A DNA stretch of 64,000 nt from Obrimoposthia wandeli (Eukaryota): contig CDROCS010000506.1 of NCBI GenBank assembly GCA_977020255.1, forward strand, positions 3,162,001 to 3,226,000, given 5' to 3'. The translations under genes and the position numbers were made by a program. Below are positions 1 through 10,712 of the stretch, in pieces. The notes below the pieces were generated by a model, which was given only the letters and a program-made list of their open reading frames with translations, was not told the DNA's origin and searched no databases. Each line of letters opens with the position of its first letter. Within the stretch, counting starts at the first letter, position 1.

Positions 1-2
1 AC

Positions 3-233
3 GTGGTGATTGTTGATTACCAGTTAGATGTGTTTAATGGACTTGAGTTAATTACTAAAATGAAATTTATGCAAAGCAATGCACAGATCCAATATTTCAT
101 TTTATCCGCCAATGATAAAAATGAGATTGTCGATAGTGAGCACTATCCAGATGTTTATTTCATGCAAAAACCGTTTAATACCGCGATATTTTTAAGTTGC
201 TTAGTAAGTGGAGTCGCTTCCCAGAAAGCGTAG
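3..233 (+). CDS. C-terminal receiver (REC) domain of a response regulator or hybrid protein, truncated by the window edge
   Basis: IVDYQLDVFNGLELI ... FILSA ... MQKPF matches the phospho-Asp, T/S and KP motifs of a REC domain. Confidence 0.75.
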   Translation: MVIVDYQLDVFNGLELITKMKFMQSNAQIQYFILSANDKNEIVDSEHYPDVYFMQKPFNTAIFLSCLVSGVASQKA

Positions 234-313
234 TGGGCGGTATGATAGAACACATCTAATATGCTTGATTATTGCTGTGTCGTTTGATACAGCGGACTAC
301 CTAAGGTGAACCT

Positions 314-707
314 ATGGCTAAGTATAACCCCGTCACTAAAATGCAAACCTATGGCATTCACTCGCAGTGGCAAAGCAAATCAAAAGATTTACCGAGCATT
401 CAAAAATTCACGACAGATATCCCCGCAGAAATTGATATTGAATTTGGTTTTATCGTTAATATTAAAAAAGCCCGTGGCGCTAAATTGCAATTTTGTATTG
501 CTCATCCTGGTATTTTAGACGTCGATGGTAATGTACGCGCACCGTTTACCGGCGACGTGCATGTGACAAACAGTGATTGGAATTTTTACTTGGGCGACAC
601 AGTATGGCAAACTGATTTGGGTCATTGATAAATGTGGTGACTCGTGCTATTAATCGTATCACTCGATGGTAAAATATTAAAGCGGATAAACCTTCAACAT
701 CGCTTAA
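314..707 (+). pseudogene. DUF3859-family protein with an apparently frameshifted C-terminus (open frame 314..628)
   Basis: N-terminal part matches my recollection of DUF3859 (EFGFIVNIKKA, WNFYLGDT). Fragments VIDKCGD, LDGKIL, ADK and FNIA* lie in shifting frames over 621-707. Confidence 0.55.
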
Positions 708-854
708 CACTGTTAAAAAATCCAGCCCTATTATATAACCAACAAAGGCAGCAATTGTGGACGCGTTTATTTCCCAAAAAAATTGGGATAACTCAGCGTT
801 AAGATCCACCCATGGATGCGAGCATGGTATCGGATGAGTTTTATGAGTATATAT

Positions 855-1403
855 ATGGACTTTAAACAACAGCCTGAGTTGATCCGCAGTGCGTTAGAAG
901 ATTTGTTACCGTTTCAACAGTGGGAATTTGTTGAACAGTTTTATCGTTTAATCGAATGGGTGAATGGTGCAAGCTCGTTATTAGAAAGTAATGACTGTGT
1001 GTTTAATGCCGCGGAAGATAATAGCGACCAGCAATATCCGTATGCGAAAAAATGCAGTGCACGATTAATGATTTTATTCCGAGATATTCCTGAAAATTGT
1101 CAGGACAAAAGTCTTGATTGGTTAATGAATAATATCCAGTCAATGGCCTCGTCGATGAAACCAGGCTTTAAAGCCGGTGCTATTGGCTTATCAAAATCAC
1201 CGACCTGTTATTTAGCCTTGGGTGATAAACCGGATTCCGGCGGAATGGGTTACCAAGTCACGTTAAACTTCTTTGCCTATGGAGAAGATGAGCAAGCGTG
1301 TTATGCGAACCTGAACGATGTATTGGCAATCACTCAAAAAGCATTACTGCGTGTAAATATGCGCATTAAAAATGGCGAAATAGATGCGCTTTACGCGATC
1401 TAA
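855..1403 (+). CDS. Hypothetical protein (~182 aa)
   Basis: Long ORF with a GAG-type RBS before ATG 855, followed by a hairpin at 1453-1487; no family recognised. Confidence 0.7.
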   Translation: MDFKQQPELIRSALEDLLPFQQWEFVEQFYRLIEWVNGASSLLESNDCVFNAAEDNSDQQYPYAKKCSARLMILFRDIPENCQDKSLDWLMNNIQSMASSMKPGFKAGAIGLSKSPTCYLALGDKPDSGGMGYQVTLNFFAYGEDEQACYANLNDVLAITQKALLRVNMRIKNGEIDALYAI

Positions 1404-1452
1404 ATACCAAGTAGCTATAATATTAGTAACTATGCCAATACCGATGCTAAGA

Positions 1453-1487
1453 ACTGATGCGTTGAATATAGCATTGAACGCATCAGT
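1453..1487. terminator. 11-bp inverted repeat between convergent genes
   Basis: actgatgcgtt (1453-1463) / aacgcatcagt (1477-1487). Confidence 0.55.
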
Positions 1488-1521
1488 AGCTTCGTTAGAT
1501 TGTAGTAATAATTGAGTTGGA

Positions 1522-2301
1522 TTATAACGGTAACTTCGTTAAATCAACCCGCAATAAACAGTTAAATTCTTTACCAAAATCTACCGATACGCGGGCGTGT
1601 ACTGCGCCTTGTTTATCGGCAAACTCTTGTTCACCGGCAATCGCAAATACGCCTTCGTGCCAAACGTTGGCATGAATATAGGCACCGCGCTCACCACTGA
1701 AATAAAAACATACAAAGTCTTGTGGTTTGACATCGTCCCCCGGCAAGGCTAATGGCAGTAAAAATGGTTGATTAGCCTTAGGATAAAACATCTGCCCACC
1801 ATCGGGGTGATAGTTTGCATGCCATAAGAGCAGTTGTGTTGGTTTGTTACTGTGGTTGTCGATAGCGATTTCTGGTCGTTGGTTATAACCGATAATATAA
1901 TGGCCATCGACGGCTTTATTACGGCCAAACAGATTGTCTCCTTTCCAGGTACTAATAAACGTCCCTTCAGTCACACCGCCTTCATCACCAGTATCTTCAT
2001 CGACTTTACGCCAACCTTGCGCTGGCCAGCGGGTGATCTCAATATCAAAAGTCTCAGGATCGTCAACAAAGAAACCATAACCTTTTAGACTTTCGGGTGT
2101 TGCTTCAATAATGGGAATATCTAACAGCGCGAGATCAGACGCGATATCAGGGTTTAAATAGTCAGGCACAGTATTCGATATGGTATTCGGTGCATTATTT
2201 GAATCTGTATTTAAAACTGTATTTGGATTGGCGATTGTAGTTGTAGATGAAGTTGTAGATGAAGTTGTAGCTAAAGTTATAGATGTCGCGGTAGATGTCA
2301 T
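1522..2301 (-). CDS. Ureidoglycolate lyase/hydrolase-family (cupin) protein with Thr/Ser/Asn-rich N-terminal extension
   Basis: IIEATPESLKGYG, NYHPDGGQMFYP, YIHANVWH motifs. Confidence 0.75.
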   Translation of the reverse strand: MTSTATSITLATTSSTTSSTTTIANPNTVLNTDSNNAPNTISNTVPDYLNPDIASDLALLDIPIIEATPESLKGYGFFVDDPETFDIEITRWPAQGWRKVDEDTGDEGGVTEGTFISTWKGDNLFGRNKAVDGHYIIGYNQRPEIAIDNHSNKPTQLLLWHANYHPDGGQMFYPKANQPFLLPLALPGDDVKPQDFVCFYFSGERGAYIHANVWHEGVFAIAGEQEFADKQGAVHARVSVDFGKEFNCLLRVDLTKLPL

Positions 2302-2539
2302 GTTGGTGCTCTATTTGGCTGAATTAAGCATAAATTAGCATTTTATTGTTTAATTTTAATGACAGTGCTACCGCAACTGCGTAAATCATTATATCCATAC
2401 AAGGCTTTATAAATTTATATAGCGTGATACATATCACGTTTAGTGGGTTATGTTGTCTTGCATTTAAATGATAAATAATGCTATACGTGCGGATTTATTA
2501 AGATAGAATACGCGGCTAATTTACAGTTCTGAGCATATT

Positions 2540-4426
2540 ATGACGTTAAAATATAGAATATTGGTTTTTTTCGCTTCGTTGGTTATCACTATTTGTGGTG
2601 CGATTACTTTTTTTGGTTATAGCGCCTTCGATAATTTTAGTCACACTAATTATGAAGATAAAATGGATAGCCAATCGCGGTTAATCGCGAAAGCATTAGA
2701 TGAAAAATTAATGCGTTATTTTGATGCTTTGAACGCCGTTTCTTTTGAGTTCGGTGATAATGGTGAACCGTTATCAGTCGAGCGTGCTGTACAGAAAACC
2801 CGTCATTTTATTAACAGCATTGATGGTGTTGAAAATATATTTATTGGCTTAAAAGATGGCCGTGCGATTGAAGGCGGCGGTTATGTTGCTAACTTCAATG
2901 CTAAAGCACTTAACCGTGAATGGTACAGCCGTATTTTCTATGATAATGAAAAAATAATTGTTACTAAAGCTTACCAAAATGCGTTAACCAAACAAAATAT
3001 CATTTCTTTGGTTGTGCCTATTTACCATCATAATCAAACGGTGGCAGCACTGTCGATTGATATCGATTTAGATAATATTACTCGTTTTATTACCTCGCTG
3101 ACCAGCGACAACCAAATTTTTGTTTATCGCAATGACGGTTATGTCATGTCGAGTAAAGATACTCAGCTGTTAGGCAAGAACATGTTTCAAGTTCGCCCAC
3201 AGTATGAGCAGGTAAACCAAGGAATTAGCCGCTTCACATATGAAGTTAATGGCGAAATGGTCTCTGTCGTCACCAACAAGCTATCAGTACGTAACTGGAT
3301 CGTGGCGAGTTATGAATATGGCAAGGATATTAATGCGGCGAGTAATGCCAACCTAGTCGGTTCATTACTGTTTTTATGTATCGCGATTATTGTGGCGATT
3401 ATTATTTTTTACTTCTTCATTGTTAAATATATTTATGCACCAATCGGTGGTGAGCCTGAAGACATTTCCAACTTGATGGACAAAATGGCGCGTGGTGATC
3501 TGACTGCGGTTAGCGACACGAATCAAGCGACCACAGGTATTTATGCCAGTATGTTGATCTTGTTACGTGAATTACAAAATATCGTACAGCAAACCCATGC
3601 TATTTCTGACAATGTGTCATCAGCATCGGTAGAACTTGCAGCCGTAATGGCGGAAGCAGCAACGAATTCACAGCATGAAATCGCGCAGATAGAGCAAGTG
3701 GCAACGGCTATTAATGAGTTATCTTGTACTGCGGCTGAAGTCAGTCTAAATGCCAACAATGCAGAGAATGCAGCCAATAACGCGATTGAAAGCGTTAGTC
3801 GTGGTAATACTGCGTTGCAGGAATCAGATGTGATCACTAAACGTATTGAAGATTCAGTGCGTGAGTCAACGTTAATGGTTAATCAGTTAAGAGCCTATTC
3901 GGTTGATATCGGTAGCGTTGTCGATGTGATTAATACCATTTCGCAACAAACTAATTTATTAGCATTGAATGCCGCTATTGAAGCTGCGCGAGCGGGTGAG
4001 CAGGGCCGTGGTTTTGCTGTCGTGGCAGATGAAGTGCGTGCTTTAGCTGCGAAAACGCAGGAATCAACGGTTAATATTCAAGAAATAATCACTAAACTGC
4101 AAGATCAGTCTGAAAAAGCGGACAGCTACATGAGCAGTAATGTTGAGCTGTTTCAAGATTCACGCGTAATAGCGCAAACGGTGAGTCATTGCTTTACGGA
4201 TATTTCACATCTGGTATCGCAAATTTCGGATATGAATACGTTAGTATCAACGGCATCGCAAGAGCAATCGACAGTAACCCAAGATGTCGCTGCTAATGTC
4301 ATGCAAGCGTCAGATATGGTGACTCAAAATGTTGCTGGTATCGATCAGAGTAATCAGGCGAGTGAAGAGCTAGCGCGTTTATCGGAAGAGCAAAAAACTA
4401 TCTTGAATTTCTTTAAATTAAGCTAG
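2540..4426 (+). CDS. Methyl-accepting chemotaxis protein with Cache-type sensor
   Basis: Two TM segments, REWY Cache motif, [31 protein letters not shown]. Confidence 0.95.
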   Translation: MTLKYRILVFFASLVITICGAITFFGYSAFDNFSHTNYEDKMDSQSRLIAKALDEKLMRYFDALNAVSFEFGDNGEPLSVERAVQKTRHFINSIDGVENIFIGLKDGRAIEGGGYVANFNAKALNREWYSRIFYDNEKIIVTKAYQNALTKQNIISLVVPIYHHNQTVAALSIDIDLDNITRFITSLTSDNQIFVYRNDGYVMSSKDTQLLGKNMFQVRPQYEQVNQGISRFTYEVNGEMVSVVTNKLSVRNWIVASYEYGKDINAASNANLVGSLLFLCIAIIVAIIIFYFFIVKYIYAPIGGEPEDISNLMDKMARGDLTAVSDTNQATTGIYASMLILLRELQNIVQQTHAISDNVSSASVELAAVMAEAATNSQHEIAQIEQVATAINELSCTAAEVSLNANNAENAANNAIESVSRGNTALQESDVITKRIEDSVRESTLMVNQLRAYSVDIGSVVDVINTISQQTNLLALNAAIEAARAGEQGRGFAVVADEVRALAAKTQESTVNIQEIITKLQDQSEKADSYMSSNVELFQDSRVIAQTVSHCFTDISHLVSQISDMNTLVSTASQEQSTVTQDVAANVMQASDMVTQNVAGIDQSNQASEELARLSEEQKTILNFFKLS

Positions 4427-4448
4427 TTGTTAGTTGCTAATCGTTATC

Positions 4449-4486
4449 TGCTGTTAATATTTCACATGATCGAAATATTAACAGCA
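4449..4486. terminator. 15-bp perfect inverted repeat downstream of the MCP
   Basis: tgctgttaatatttc-acatgatc-gaaatattaacagca. Confidence 0.6.
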
Positions 4487-4552
4487 TAAAAATGTCATAT
4501 ATCACCCCTAGAATATACGTCCTGCATACAGTATTAATTTCAGGACTTGTCT

Positions 4553-5659
4553 ATGTTTACACTACACGCTTCCCACCTTGTTTATAATAATCAGCCATTG
4601 CATTATTTTTGGCTAAAAGATAATTGCCGTTGCAGCGCATGTTTACATTCGTCTGGACAACGCTTACAAGAGATCCTCGATTTAGATTTAACGATCCAGC
4701 CAGAAGTGGTGACGATTGAATACGGGGACTTAGTCATTACTTGGCAAGATGGCCATCAAAGCCGCTACAGCCAGACTTTTTTAGACAGTATGCAAGCTTT
4801 TGAGCAAGACGCTAATGACACGACTGCGCACGATGAGCAAGTATTGTGGGATGGACAACTCGATGCGCCAGCAATCACTTTTCGTTACCCTGACGTACTC
4901 AGTCGTCAGGATATTAAGCGTGATTGGTTAGGGGCGGTGAAGCAATTTGGGCTGGCATTCTTAACCGATGTACCGAATGTGGATAAACAGTTATTTAAGG
5001 TCGTCGAGCAATTTGGCTTTGTGCGTGATACCAACTACGGCAGTCATTTCGAAGTGGTGTCGCAAGAAAATCCGGTTAATTTAGCATTCACCCCCAAGCC
5101 ATTAAGCCTACATACGGACAATGCTTACCGCCATCCAGTGCCGACTTTACAGCTTTTGCATTGCTTAGTCAGTGCTGAAAAAGGGGGGGTAACAGCGTTA
5201 ACGGACGGCTTCTACGCCGCGCAATTATTGCAACAACGTTTTCCACAACAATATAAGTTATTAACCTCGACGCCAGTGACGTACCGTTTTAAAAATGCAG
5301 ATACTCATCTTGAACATACGGGTTATATCATCGAGTTAAATAATAGCGGCGGTCTTGAGCGTATCCGTTTAAATAACCGTTCTATTCAAGCGATTCAATT
5401 ACCGTTTGCAGAGATGGCTGCATTTTATCAAGCGTATCAAAATTTCAGCCGTATCTTGCATAGCGCTGAGTGCAAATTCTTGTGTACCTTGCAACCGGGC
5501 GAGCTGATGATATTTAATAATGAACGGATTTTACATGGCCGAGAAGTGGCTGCTGAAGGCGCTCGTCATCTGCAAGGTTGTTATGCCGATATTGATTCAT
5601 TAAAGAGCACGCTAGCAGTATTAGAGACGACATTAGAATGTCAAATGGAGACTAAATAA
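4553..5659 (+). CDS. tmpA: Fe(II)/2OG dioxygenase, gamma-butyrobetaine hydroxylase-like; probable TmpA (2-trimethylaminoethylphosphonate dioxygenase)
   Basis: WLKDNCRCSAC Zn-site N-domain, LHTD and LHGR facial triad; stop overlaps the start of a PhnZ-like HD gene (TAATG). Confidence 0.75.
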   Translation: MFTLHASHLVYNNQPLHYFWLKDNCRCSACLHSSGQRLQEILDLDLTIQPEVVTIEYGDLVITWQDGHQSRYSQTFLDSMQAFEQDANDTTAHDEQVLWDGQLDAPAITFRYPDVLSRQDIKRDWLGAVKQFGLAFLTDVPNVDKQLFKVVEQFGFVRDTNYGSHFEVVSQENPVNLAFTPKPLSLHTDNAYRHPVPTLQLLHCLVSAEKGGVTALTDGFYAAQLLQQRFPQQYKLLTSTPVTYRFKNADTHLEHTGYIIELNNSGGLERIRLNNRSIQAIQLPFAEMAAFYQAYQNFSRILHSAECKFLCTLQPGELMIFNNERILHGREVAAEGARHLQGCYADIDSLKSTLAVLETTLECQMETK

Positions 5660-6234
5660 TGGATATAATTGCGTTTATTAAACAGCAGTTCGAAGACAAT
5701 GGCCACGTTGCTTATGGTGAGAATATCTCTATGGGTGAGCATATGCTGCAGTCGGCTTATTACGCCGAGCAAAAAAATAGCAGTGACGCGATCATTACCG
5801 CGGCCTTATTGCATGACTTTGGCCATTTAATTTTAGAGCTGCCAGAAGATATAGCTGAGCACGGTATTGATGGTTATCATGAAGATGTGGGGGCTAAATT
5901 TTTAGCGCCGTACTTCCCGAAGCAGATCATTGATGGTATTGCGTTACATGTGCAAGCCAAGCGTTATTTGTGCGCGGTGAAGCCTAAATATCACAGCCAA
6001 CTTAGCCAAGCATCACAAGATAGTCTCGTTGTGCAAGGTGGGGCAATGAATGCGCAAGATATTAGCGAGTTTGAACAACTGCCATTTTATAAAGACGCCT
6101 TACAAGTACGCTTGTTTGATGATTTAGGTAAAGACTTAGCACTGGAACACCCCGATTTGGCACACTACTTACGTATTGCCCAGCAGTTTGTGATGAATAA
6201 GCCTCCTGTCTTGTTATCGACAGAGGCTTTTTAG
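5659..6234 (+). CDS. tmpB: PhnZ/TmpB-like HD-domain diiron phosphonate oxygenase
   Basis: YGENISMGEHMLQSA, ALLHDFGH, HEDVGA, LHVQAKRYL motifs. Confidence 0.75.
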   Translation: MDIIAFIKQQFEDNGHVAYGENISMGEHMLQSAYYAEQKNSSDAIITAALLHDFGHLILELPEDIAEHGIDGYHEDVGAKFLAPYFPKQIIDGIALHVQAKRYLCAVKPKYHSQLSQASQDSLVVQGGAMNAQDISEFEQLPFYKDALQVRLFDDLGKDLALEHPDLAHYLRIAQQFVMNKPPVLLSTEAF

Positions 6235-6263
6235 TACCGCTTAATTAACGGATGTGAGCAAGT

Positions 6264-7373
6264 CTATACCGACTTGATCACATCGATAAGCTGCTGTATT
6301 TCTGTTTCATCATTATAGATGTGTGGTGATATACGCATGCCATGCAATCGATTGTCGACACTGATTTTATGCGCCGATAATGCCGAAATAACTTCCGCTT
6401 GTTGTGCACCAAAGTGTAAAATGGCGGTGCCATTACGCTGAGGTATTTGCTGTGGTGACACCAGTTGTCCTGGAAAAGCATTGGCCAACATATCCAATAA
6501 CGTTTGGTTATGTTGGCGTAATGTTTCTGTCCCTAACCTGGCAAAGTATTCGATACTATTGGCAGAGATAACATACGGCATGATCGATGGCGTGCCTCCC
6601 CAAAATTTCAATGCGCTGTTGTGTTCACGAAAATCATGGATATCAAACTCAAACGGCTGTTGATGAGAAAACCAACCGACATCTTGTGGATGACAAGACG
6701 TTATTTGCGTTGGATTAACCCATAAATAACTGCTGCCAGGCCCACCGCATAACCATTTCACACAAGATCCAATCATAAAGTCTGGTCTCGTGACGCTCAG
6801 ATCGAGTGGTATGATCCCGGCTGATTGCGCGACATCGATGATAGATAATACCTGATGCTGACGGGCAATCGATAAAATGTCATTCAGTGGTGCTTGTTGA
6901 CCGGTGTTGGAGTACGCATGGCTGATAAAAACCAGGTCAATCGTCTCATTAAGGTATTCAGCCCACACATTTGGATCGGTAACATCCAGCTGACTTGGAA
7001 TGTAGGTGATGCTTGCTGTTGATGCTAATGCTCGCTGCATGACAAAGCCCATACTGGGGAAGTCAGCTTCAGACATGAGTATTTTGGTGTGTGGTTGTTG
7101 TAACCTATCGACGGACATGACTAATTTAGTGAGCGCACTCGATAGATTCACTTGTGGGCAAAAATTAGCGCCATCATCATTAAACAATGTACCTAACGCT
7201 GAATTGTAGCGGTCAATGGCCGTCATCCATTGCGGCCATGGTTCGCTACTCGTATGCTGCCAGTGGTCCATGAAATGGCGTTTAAATTGTTGCTCGGTAT
7301 TTTTAAGTGGGCGACCAACAGAATGGTTGAGTAAATAAATATTGTCGTTAAGTAAAAAATCTTTTTTATACAT
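6264..7373 (-). CDS. Class V PLP enzyme, kynureninase-like
   Basis: YLLNHSVG, IIDVAQSAG, GSCVKWLCGGPG, GWFSH, GGTP motifs. Confidence 0.8.
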   Translation of the reverse strand: MYKKDFLLNDNIYLLNHSVGRPLKNTEQQFKRHFMDHWQHTSSEPWPQWMTAIDRYNSALGTLFNDDGANFCPQVNLSSALTKLVMSVDRLQQPHTKILMSEADFPSMGFVMQRALASTASITYIPSQLDVTDPNVWAEYLNETIDLVFISHAYSNTGQQAPLNDILSIARQHQVLSIIDVAQSAGIIPLDLSVTRPDFMIGSCVKWLCGGPGSSYLWVNPTQITSCHPQDVGWFSHQQPFEFDIHDFREHNSALKFWGGTPSIMPYVISANSIEYFARLGTETLRQHNQTLLDMLANAFPGQLVSPQQIPQRNGTAILHFGAQQAEVISALSAHKISVDNRLHGMRISPHIYNDETEIQQLIDVIKSV

Positions 7374-7460
7374 GACTGTTCAATTCCTTCATATGTACAT
7401 GTCGGTGTTAAATGCTGTTAGCAAGGTGGTTAAAGCGTGTTGTAGTGGCTGCATTGGTGA

Positions 7461-8639
7461 TTAATTGAGTGATGAATGGAGTGTTAGCATGTCGTGATAA
7501 CGTGTTGCTATGTCCTCTCTCGGATTCGCAGCACGAAGATCTCGGAGCTTTTCGAGTGAACGCAGTAATATGTGTAATGGTGGACCACTGGCTGTTAACT
7601 TATCCATATGCTGTGATTGCACCTGACTTGCTGGTTGCGCTATGTATTTATTCACCAGTTGGTCATGGTGTTGGATTGCAGTAGCGCCGTGTAATTTACA
7701 GACGTCTAAAAAAACAGTTAAATTACGTTGATACCAAGCTTGGTTTTTATATTGCTGTTGACTAAGAAAATCATCCATTAAATTGGCACGTTGCATACAG
7801 TCACGCAGTAACTGCTGGTCTTCAGGCATCATGTAAGTGAATTTATCAACCAGCATTTGTGAGTAAAATGGTTCATTGGCGCGACATAATCCAAGTAACA
7901 TATCGACAATGTTGATACCGGCAAAATCACCGGCATTAGCACCACGATAAATCTGAGTGCCGACACGATAAGGTTTGTAATAAGGGCGGACGCAATGGAA
8001 GAAACGATCGGTATCGAGTTCACTGAATAAGATGGTGTTTGAGTCAATAACCTCACTTAGCCCCTGCTTGGCTGCGAGCAATAAGTCATAACAAAGCGGG
8101 TGAGAGATACCCATGACATGTATTTTGGATAGCGCCTCTGCGGCACGTTTAAAGGCCAATATACTGCGCGTATTGTAATCAACAAATAAGCTCTCGTCAT
8201 GTAAGGTGGTGAAGCGTTTGTAGATGCCATTCTCGGCGATATTATGCGTGGTTAAGTGCGTGGTAGAAAAACGTGGTGCCATACCTATCGTTGGACCTAA
8301 GTGCATGGCGAGAGCGGATGCTGCGATAAGTGGTGAACGGGTTTCGCGTGACGGTTCTGTTAATTCATGACGGCGGCAAGCGGCCATGTATAACCCGACA
8401 CTGCCGAGTAAATTAAACGCGTTATCAAAATTTTGGCTGGTATTACCCTCTGCTAGAAGTACTTTTATTAGCGCATTGCCCTCAGACTCGAGTTGTTGTT
8501 TCAATGCGTCACCAACGCCGTCGACATTATCCCTATCTTCTTGTTGCCAATATAACGCTTCTAATGCGTTATTGATGTCGACAAAAGGACCTCTAATCCA
8601 TTGTTCAAAAGCTTGGTTTGCCTTACTCGTGTTTTTCAT
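7461..8639 (-). CDS. PrnB-family / IDO-like heme protein (DUF1864)
   Basis: FEQWIR N-terminus, YMAACRRH, VRPYYKPY, YRGANAGDF motifs as I recall them for PrnB-like proteins. Confidence 0.75.
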   Translation of the reverse strand: MKNTSKANQAFEQWIRGPFVDINNALEALYWQQEDRDNVDGVGDALKQQLESEGNALIKVLLAEGNTSQNFDNAFNLLGSVGLYMAACRRHELTEPSRETRSPLIAASALAMHLGPTIGMAPRFSTTHLTTHNIAENGIYKRFTTLHDESLFVDYNTRSILAFKRAAEALSKIHVMGISHPLCYDLLLAAKQGLSEVIDSNTILFSELDTDRFFHCVRPYYKPYRVGTQIYRGANAGDFAGINIVDMLLGLCRANEPFYSQMLVDKFTYMMPEDQQLLRDCMQRANLMDDFLSQQQYKNQAWYQRNLTVFLDVCKLHGATAIQHHDQLVNKYIAQPASQVQSQHMDKLTASGPPLHILLRSLEKLRDLRAANPREDIATRYHDMLTLHSSLN

Positions 8640-8876
8640 TGCATTACCTTTTGGTTGTTAATAAACGGATGAATATTAACGTATTAGGTAATGTTGTCAG
8701 TGTGTTTAAATTGTGAGCAGTTTAGTGTAAACGTTGATTTATATATAAATGATAAGATTAAGCGTATTGTTATTATTGTTTTTTTGTAGTGCTTTTATTT
8801 CTTTTACTCACACTGTAGTGTCAATGAAACCACGGGGTTGTGGGGCATTATTTTTGCGTTAATTCAGGGTTGGGTC

Positions 8877-10394
8877 ATGGCATTGAAAAAAATATTATTT
8901 GCACTATTCTTCTTTTTATTTGGTGTGTTCGCAAGTCATGCTCTTCTCGGAAACGATCCACAACCGATTATTAAAGCGGATGTTGTCGACTCTTGGAGTG
9001 AAGTCAAAAAACTTAAAGCGGATCTATTAGATAAAAATGATCTGGCGTTTTTAAGTAACATTAAGCAACTCAACAAGTGTGTCGACCCCCATTGGATGCC
9101 GCTTGAAGGGATTGACGAGAATAATCAGCATATCGGTGTAATTGCCGAAATATTAACCTTGGTGACGCAGCAGATTAATGTGCCTTTTTCATTAGTTACG
9201 ACGACAGACTGGGGGCAATCATTAGATAAATTGGCCAGTCGAGAATGTGACATTGTGACGTCCGATCTTCAAAATAGCACACCACCTGATTTTTACCTTA
9301 AAACTGACCCATTTCTTTATCTTCAGCATGTTTACATCACTCAAAAAGAAGCGCCGTTCGAATTGGATTTTTCAGCTATTAAGGATCGTAAAATTGGCGT
9401 GCCGAAAGGTTACCCGACCATTAACTTGATGCAGCAGCGTTATGGTGACATCAATATTGTTGAAGTTAATGATGTCAGCGAAGGTGTACTGCTGGTATCA
9501 CAAGGCAAGCTCTATGCTTTTGTCGATATCTTGCCAGTGATTAGCTATGGCATAGAACAGCAGGGATTAACAAACTTAAAAGTGGCCGGACACTTAGATT
9601 TAAACCTACCCACTGTCATGGCTGTCCGCAGTGATATGCCGGAATTGGTGATTATTTTAAATAAAGTGTTTAGCAGCATGAATCAAACCATTTCCAATCA
9701 GCTATTATCGCAATGGGTGAAGATTGAATACGACATGCGCATTGATTGGTCGAAGTGGTTAAAATATTTGTTAGTGCTGGTATTTGTTATGTTAATTATT
9801 ATTTACTGGAATAATAAGCTGCGGAATATGAACGCGCAACTTGATGAGGCCAATAAAAAACTGGCTGATTTAAGTGAAACTGATGGCTTAACACAGCTCA
9901 AAAACCGTCATTTTTTAAGTCAGCGCCTCCCTGTTTTGATCGAAATAGCTAACCGTAGCAATACCTCAATTGCAGTGGCGATGCTTGATATCGACCACTT
10001 TAAAAAGATTAATGATAATTATGGTCATGCTGTCGGTGATGATTGTTTAGTTGCGTTCAGCCAATTAATTCACACGGTATTTAAACGAGATTCAGATTGC
10101 CTTATTCGCTTTGGTGGCGAGGAATTCTTGGTGATTTGTTTTGGTATAACCCAGATGCAATTGGCGACGTTACTGGAAACATTACGCTTTGCTGTTGAGG
10201 CGTTAGTTGTCACGAATAAAGCTGTTTTGGATAAATCTGTGCGCTTTACCATTTCTAGTGGTTATACATTTTGTTTGACTGCGCCTTCTCATGATATCGA
10301 AGCGTTATTATTGTTGGCGGACCAACATCTTTATCAAGCCAAAACTAATGGTCGTAATCGCATTGTTGGCTTTGAACTTGAAGCAAGAGTGTAA
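8877..10394 (+). CDS. Diguanylate cyclase with periplasmic solute-binding (family 3) sensor
   Basis: CVDPHWMPLE SBP motif, TM helix, TDGLTQLKNR, DIDHFKKIND, RxxD I-site and GGEEF. Confidence 0.92.
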   Translation: MALKKILFALFFFLFGVFASHALLGNDPQPIIKADVVDSWSEVKKLKADLLDKNDLAFLSNIKQLNKCVDPHWMPLEGIDENNQHIGVIAEILTLVTQQINVPFSLVTTTDWGQSLDKLASRECDIVTSDLQNSTPPDFYLKTDPFLYLQHVYITQKEAPFELDFSAIKDRKIGVPKGYPTINLMQQRYGDINIVEVNDVSEGVLLVSQGKLYAFVDILPVISYGIEQQGLTNLKVAGHLDLNLPTVMAVRSDMPELVIILNKVFSSMNQTISNQLLSQWVKIEYDMRIDWSKWLKYLLVLVFVMLIIIYWNNKLRNMNAQLDEANKKLADLSETDGLTQLKNRHFLSQRLPVLIEIANRSNTSIAVAMLDIDHFKKINDNYGHAVGDDCLVAFSQLIHTVFKRDSDCLIRFGGEEFLVICFGITQMQLATLLETLRFAVEALVVTNKAVLDKSVRFTISSGYTFCLTAPSHDIEALLLLADQHLYQAKTNGRNRIVGFELEARV

Positions 10395-10712
10395 GTTGTG
10401 GTTACTGTATGCGGTGATGGCGCAATATCGAATAAACAGTGTAGATTGGTAATTAGTGATAGCACTAGGAGTGCGAGTAATGCTGGTGGCTATTGATGGA
10501 CGAATCGATACTGATGAGCGTTGTTTTTTGAAATTAAATAATAGTTTTTATAATCCCACCTAGATCCTGACAAACTTTACACTAGTTGACCCTAATCTCC
10601 ACATTTTCTCCATATTTCCCTGCCCCTTTTACGGTATTATAGCGTATCAAAATTTTAGACTCGCTATTCATGGATGAAAGCAAGACACGCTCATTTTTAT
10701 AGAAGAGATATA

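Noticed and set aside
7461-8639. Pyrrolnitrin biosynthetic cluster
   Set aside because: prnA, prnC and prnD homologs are absent from the neighbourhood
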